Part shown: one piece after another, positions 60,627-64,000 of the stretch
Layout: each line of letters begins with the position of its first letter
Numbering within the stretch: the stretch's first letter is position 1
NCBI GenBank assembly: GCA_043827025.1
Contig: JBDRPL010000005.1
Coordinates: 53,557-117,556, forward strand
Reading direction: 5' to 3'
Source of the DNA: Candidatus Micrarchaeota archaeon
Lineage (GTDB): Archaea > Micrarchaeota > Micrarchaeia > Anstonellales > Bilamarchaeaceae
Length of the DNA: 64,000 nt
Notes under the pieces: model-generated
Seen by the model: the letters and a program-made list of their open reading frames with translations, nothing else
Databases searched by the model: none
What the model was told of the DNA's origin: nothing
Position numbers and translations under genes: made by a program

Positions 60627-62051
60627 ATGGTAAACTACAATATTCTTTCTGCAAGATATGCAACTTCTGGGATAAATGACATATTTTCTGAAATAGGCAA
60701 GATAAGGCTTGAACGTGAATTATGGATTGCTGTAATGAAGACACAAAGAAAACTGGGTGTTGACATACCTCAGAAATCAATTGATGCTTTTGAGGGTGCA
60801 AAGGAAAGGATAGACCTTGAAAGGATTGCAGAGATAGAAAAGAAAACAAAGCATGATGTTAAGGCGCGTATCGAGGAATTTGTAATTGCTGCAGGAACTG
60901 AAGAGCATATTCACAAGGGCATGACTGCCAGGGATTTAACAGATAATGTCGAGCAGTTGCAGATTAAATTGGCCTCCAAGGTAATAATCGGAAAGATGGT
61001 TTCCATACTCAGGCACCTGGTTGATAAGTCAAAAGATTATTCAAACATAGTTTTGACTGCAAGAACCCACCACCAGCCTGCACAGCCAACATTACTTGGA
61101 AGGAGAATGTCCATGTGGGCTGAAGAATTATATTTGCACCTTGTCGAATTTGACAGGTTCGTTGAAGAATATCCGTTACGAGGCATAAAAGGACCTATTG
61201 GGACGCAATTCGACATGTTTACCTTGCTTGGAAGCGAGGCAAAGGTGGATGAATTGGAAAAACAGGTTGCAAAATCACTTGGATTTGCGAATGTTTTGGA
61301 TTCAACAGGACAAGTTTATCCAAGATCGCTGGATTATTCGCTCATATCTAAATTAGCTGCACTTGCTTCAGCTTGCGAGAACTTCGCAAAAGGCATGAGA
61401 TTAATGGCAGGATATGAACTCGTTACTGAAGGATTCAGGAAAGGCCAGGTTGGCTCAAGTGCCATGCCTCACAAGATGAATACAAGAAGCTCTGAAAGGA
61501 TCTGTGGGTTTGCTGAATTAATTAAGATGTATGCTGACGGAGCTTCCAGATTAGCAGGAGACCAATGGGAAGAAGGAGATGTTTCATGCTCTGTAATTAG
61601 AAGAGTCATCTTGCCTGATTCGTTTTACTCGATTGATGGATTATGTGAAACTGTTTTGACTGTGCTTAACCAGATGGGACCTTACCCAATAGTAATAGAA
61701 AAGGAATATCAAAAATATTCCCAATTCCTTGCAACAACTGAAGTTTTGATGATAGCTGTCAAGGCAGGCATAGGACGAGAAAGGGCGCATGAAACCATAA
61801 AGAAATATGCAGTTGCCGAAGCATTGGCAATGAGAGAGGGCAAATTGCCAGAGCTTGCAGAGAAGCTTGCTTCTGATCCTGAATTCAAAAAAGCAGGAAT
61901 CACAAAAGAAAAAATAGAGAAAATATTTGCAGACAAGATGCACTTTGTCGGAAATGCAAAGAAACAGATTCTTGAAGTCGAGAAAAAGGCAAAGAAACTG
62001 ATTTCCAAGTATCCAAAGGAAGCGAAATACAAAGCTGGAGATATATTGTGA
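60627..62051 (+). CDS. purB: Adenylosuccinate lyase
   Basis: RYA, HDVKA, ARTH.QPAQPT, GSSAMPHKMN. Confidence 0.96.
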   Translation: MVNYNILSARYATSGINDIFSEIGKIRLERELWIAVMKTQRKLGVDIPQKSIDAFEGAKERIDLERIAEIEKKTKHDVKARIEEFVIAAGTEEHIHKGMTARDLTDNVEQLQIKLASKVIIGKMVSILRHLVDKSKDYSNIVLTARTHHQPAQPTLLGRRMSMWAEELYLHLVEFDRFVEEYPLRGIKGPIGTQFDMFTLLGSEAKVDELEKQVAKSLGFANVLDSTGQVYPRSLDYSLISKLAALASACENFAKGMRLMAGYELVTEGFRKGQVGSSAMPHKMNTRSSERICGFAELIKMYADGASRLAGDQWEEGDVSCSVIRRVILPDSFYSIDGLCETVLTVLNQMGPYPIVIEKEYQKYSQFLATTEVLMIAVKAGIGRERAHETIKKYAVAEALAMREGKLPELAEKLASDPEFKKAGITKEKIEKIFADKMHFVGNAKKQILEVEKKAKKLISKYPKEAKYKAGDIL

Positions 62052-62052
62052 A

Positions 62053-62871
62053 TTAGAATCTCCTGAAATCAAATGCGCTATATTGCTGAGGAGGTTCTGG
62101 CTCAGGCGCTGGAATGAAAGGAATCTGCGCGAATGCCTCGAGTATTGATGCGTAGATATTTACCACATAAGAGCATACTTTATTGGTTGTGGCAGGAGTT
62201 AATGGATAAATATCTGGCTTGTGTCCAAGGAAAGCGAATATCTCTTTCCTTGATGGGAACCTGCCTTCAAGGTCAACCAAGTCAAAGTCAGGAATATTTT
62301 CTATCAAACCGCCGATATCAAGCCTTTGGATTCTTGGTCCCACTTCCTGGATCAACCTAACCACATCCTCGAAATATAAGTCAGGAAACCTATTATTCTG
62401 ATCCAGTGAAAACTCCATGAATTTAGGCTGCATTGGGAAATTGATGATCCCATCGCAATCGATTGTCAATGCGACTTCACTGTTTCCAAAACGCAATCCA
62501 AAACCAATCAGCTTATCAAGTTCGCGATGCTGATTGAAGCCTGTTGCAATTTTAACTCCCTGGTTCTGAGTCCAGGCCATATGACTGCTTGGACCAACAT
62601 AAGGAGAATAGGTCGTATCTCCATGCCAATCCACATTCATCTTTGCCTTGACTCGGTTAAGAGTGAAAAAATATGATTCATGATGCGCCTGCCCATCACC
62701 CCAAACGAATGCAACCTTTCCGTCAAGCGCCATTAATGCAGAAATACGCACTCCAGATACCTGTGGCAATCCTATGAAATCACAGCTTTGGGCTTTTTGA
62801 AATCTCTGGATTGCTCGGATGATTTTGAGATTTGCCGGAGTGGGACTATAGTGCACATTAAGTTTCTGCAT
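62053..62871 (-). CDS. Divergent arginase/ureohydrolase-fold protein
   Basis: GDG..HH, NVDWHGD (DxHxD), TIDCDG (DxD), LDIGG. Confidence 0.65.
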   Translation of the reverse strand: MQKLNVHYSPTPANLKIIRAIQRFQKAQSCDFIGLPQVSGVRISALMALDGKVAFVWGDGQAHHESYFFTLNRVKAKMNVDWHGDTTYSPYVGPSSHMAWTQNQGVKIATGFNQHRELDKLIGFGLRFGNSEVALTIDCDGIINFPMQPKFMEFSLDQNNRFPDLYFEDVVRLIQEVGPRIQRLDIGGLIENIPDFDLVDLEGRFPSRKEIFAFLGHKPDIYPLTPATTNKVCSYVVNIYASILEAFAQIPFIPAPEPEPPQQYSAFDFRRF

Positions 62872-62939
62872 GTTTTAAAATATGGTAGAGAGTGTTTTTA
62901 AAGGATTGCTCATGACTAATATTGATGAAAAAGAAAAAA

Positions 62940-63031
62940 AGCCAGGTGCAGGAGTTGAACCTGCCTACTCCGCTTTCTGGTGTTCTTTTGAACCACTGCA
63001 GGCGGACGCATAGCCGATCTGCCAACCTGGC
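62940..63031 (-). tRNA. tRNA-Cys(GCA) with a 21-nt canonical intron (62975-62995)
   Basis: GCCAGGT/ACCTGGC acceptor, TCCGC/GCGGA anticodon stem, CT-GCA-G loop, GCAGG-TTCAACT-CCTGC, U discriminator, followed by a T tract. Confidence 0.93.
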
Positions 63032-63085
63032 TTCAGACAGTTGGCAGGCTTTGAATGATCAGTTCAAACAAACTGCCAACCTGGC
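63019..63085 (-). repeat. 13-nt direct repeat of the tRNA-Cys 5' end
   Basis: ctgccaacctggc at 63019-63031 and at 63073-63085. Confidence 0.9.
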
Positions 63086-63201
63086 GCTGAACTGTTGTTT
63101 TATAAGATAAGTTTTATTTGAAGAACATTTATAAACAGTTTCGCTCTAAAAGAATTTCTCTAATTGTTATATTGCAGTTAGTCGTATAAATAAAATATTA
63201 T

Positions 63202-63368
63202 GGGCCTGTAGCTCAGCTAGATGTGAAGCGCATTTTTCAGAAAGCTTCGCATTCTGAAATGGTAGAGCGTCGGACTTTTACTTTGAGGAGGTAGCGAATC
63301 CGTTTTGGGCTCGCCTTTTCCTAAAAGGCGAAATCCGCAGGTCGCGCGTTCAAATCACGCCAGGCCCG
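63202..63368 (+). tRNA. tRNA-Lys(TTT) with two introns: D-loop (63219-63259) and canonical 37/38 (63281-63332)
   Basis: GGGCCTG/CAGGCCC acceptor, GCTC/GAGC D stem, CT-TTT-A, GTTCAAATC; D-loop intron forms a BHB with TCAG/CTGA; T tract downstream. Confidence 0.9.
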
Positions 63369-64000
63369 TTTTTCCTTTTTTTTGCTTTAACTTCAGAAGA
63401 ATTGCTGCATGAAAAACGGGCTGAAGTGAACGAAGTTCACTGAGAGGCCCGTATATATAATTATATGTACCCATTCTGTTTCTCTTCGTCAAAGTTTGTG
63501 TAAAAACACCGAAAAGTATATTAACCTTTGCTGAGTTTAAATTCTCCCAAGAAAAATATTCTTCTTGTTGAATTGGAAGTCGACTGATTTCCAATGCTGA
63601 AAAATTTTGGTGAAAATTTTTCACTAATGGATATATCGGCTGCCTCTGTAAGAAACAGGCACTTTATACAACCTCTTGCAAATGCTCAACCATGTTTACG
63701 AAGCCTGGACTTTATCTCTTCGTATCCAGCTTGTATTTGCTAAGTTTCACGTATGATTTAAGAAGTAGAAATTCGTTTACGAGCAATAGTTAAGTCTGAT
63801 TTGCTCATTTAACGGTGCTTCTTTGCCGAGTCCAGAAATAGAGGGGGAAACAGAATTTACTTCAATTCCCCCTACTATAATACCCCCTTATTACATACTC
63901 AAAATTACTAATTCAGAGTGTCCATATCAAAACCAAATTAAACTTTTCCATACACAGCCCTAGATATGAAATCGGTTTCTGTAAAAAGTTCGGCTCATGC

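Noticed and set aside
62922..63110. 62-aa plus-strand ORF
   Set aside because: Antisense to tRNA-Cys
63355..63624. 89-aa minus-strand ORF
   Set aside because: Runs into the tRNA-Lys 3' end and terminator; no motif
1..64000. CRISPR array, rRNA, transposase or integrase
   Set aside because: No regularly spaced repeats or recognisable signatures seen by eye

Overview
Gene-dense, AT-rich archaeal chromosome segment. Evidence for an archaeal origin: archaeal-type MAT and GluRS, form III RuBisCO, class III signal peptides, TATA boxes with many leaderless starts, GAGGTGA-type SD sites, and intron-containing tRNAs with BHB motifs. A DPANN (Micrarchaeota-like) host is my inference. Contents in order: a type IV pilus (Tad-like) operon; KaiC-like genes around an amber-interrupted nitroreductase; MAT; a sugar-phosphate cluster (DUF2090 aldolase, glpX, PPi-PFK); a small toxin-antitoxin/HEPN patch; an aconitase-IDH-ATP citrate lyase operon; RNA methyltransferases; htpX; rbcL; carAB split by two paralogous Zn-ribbon genes; gltX; pduO-nrdJ; an aromatic-precursor operon (aspartate kinase, asd, ADH synthase, DHQ synthase II) with a lone trpA; a copper-resistance cluster; purB; and divergently transcribed tRNA-Cys and tRNA-Lys genes. 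The most striking find is absent from the ORF track: a 22-codon leader ORF (MNAEPKSKNFFYGFSFSYYFWF, 10 aromatic residues in the last 13 codons), followed by alternative hairpins, directly upstream of the aromatic-precursor operon. It is a candidate ribosome-mediated attenuator sensing Phe/Tyr/Trp in an archaeon. All family calls come from motif recognition by eye; no searches were run.
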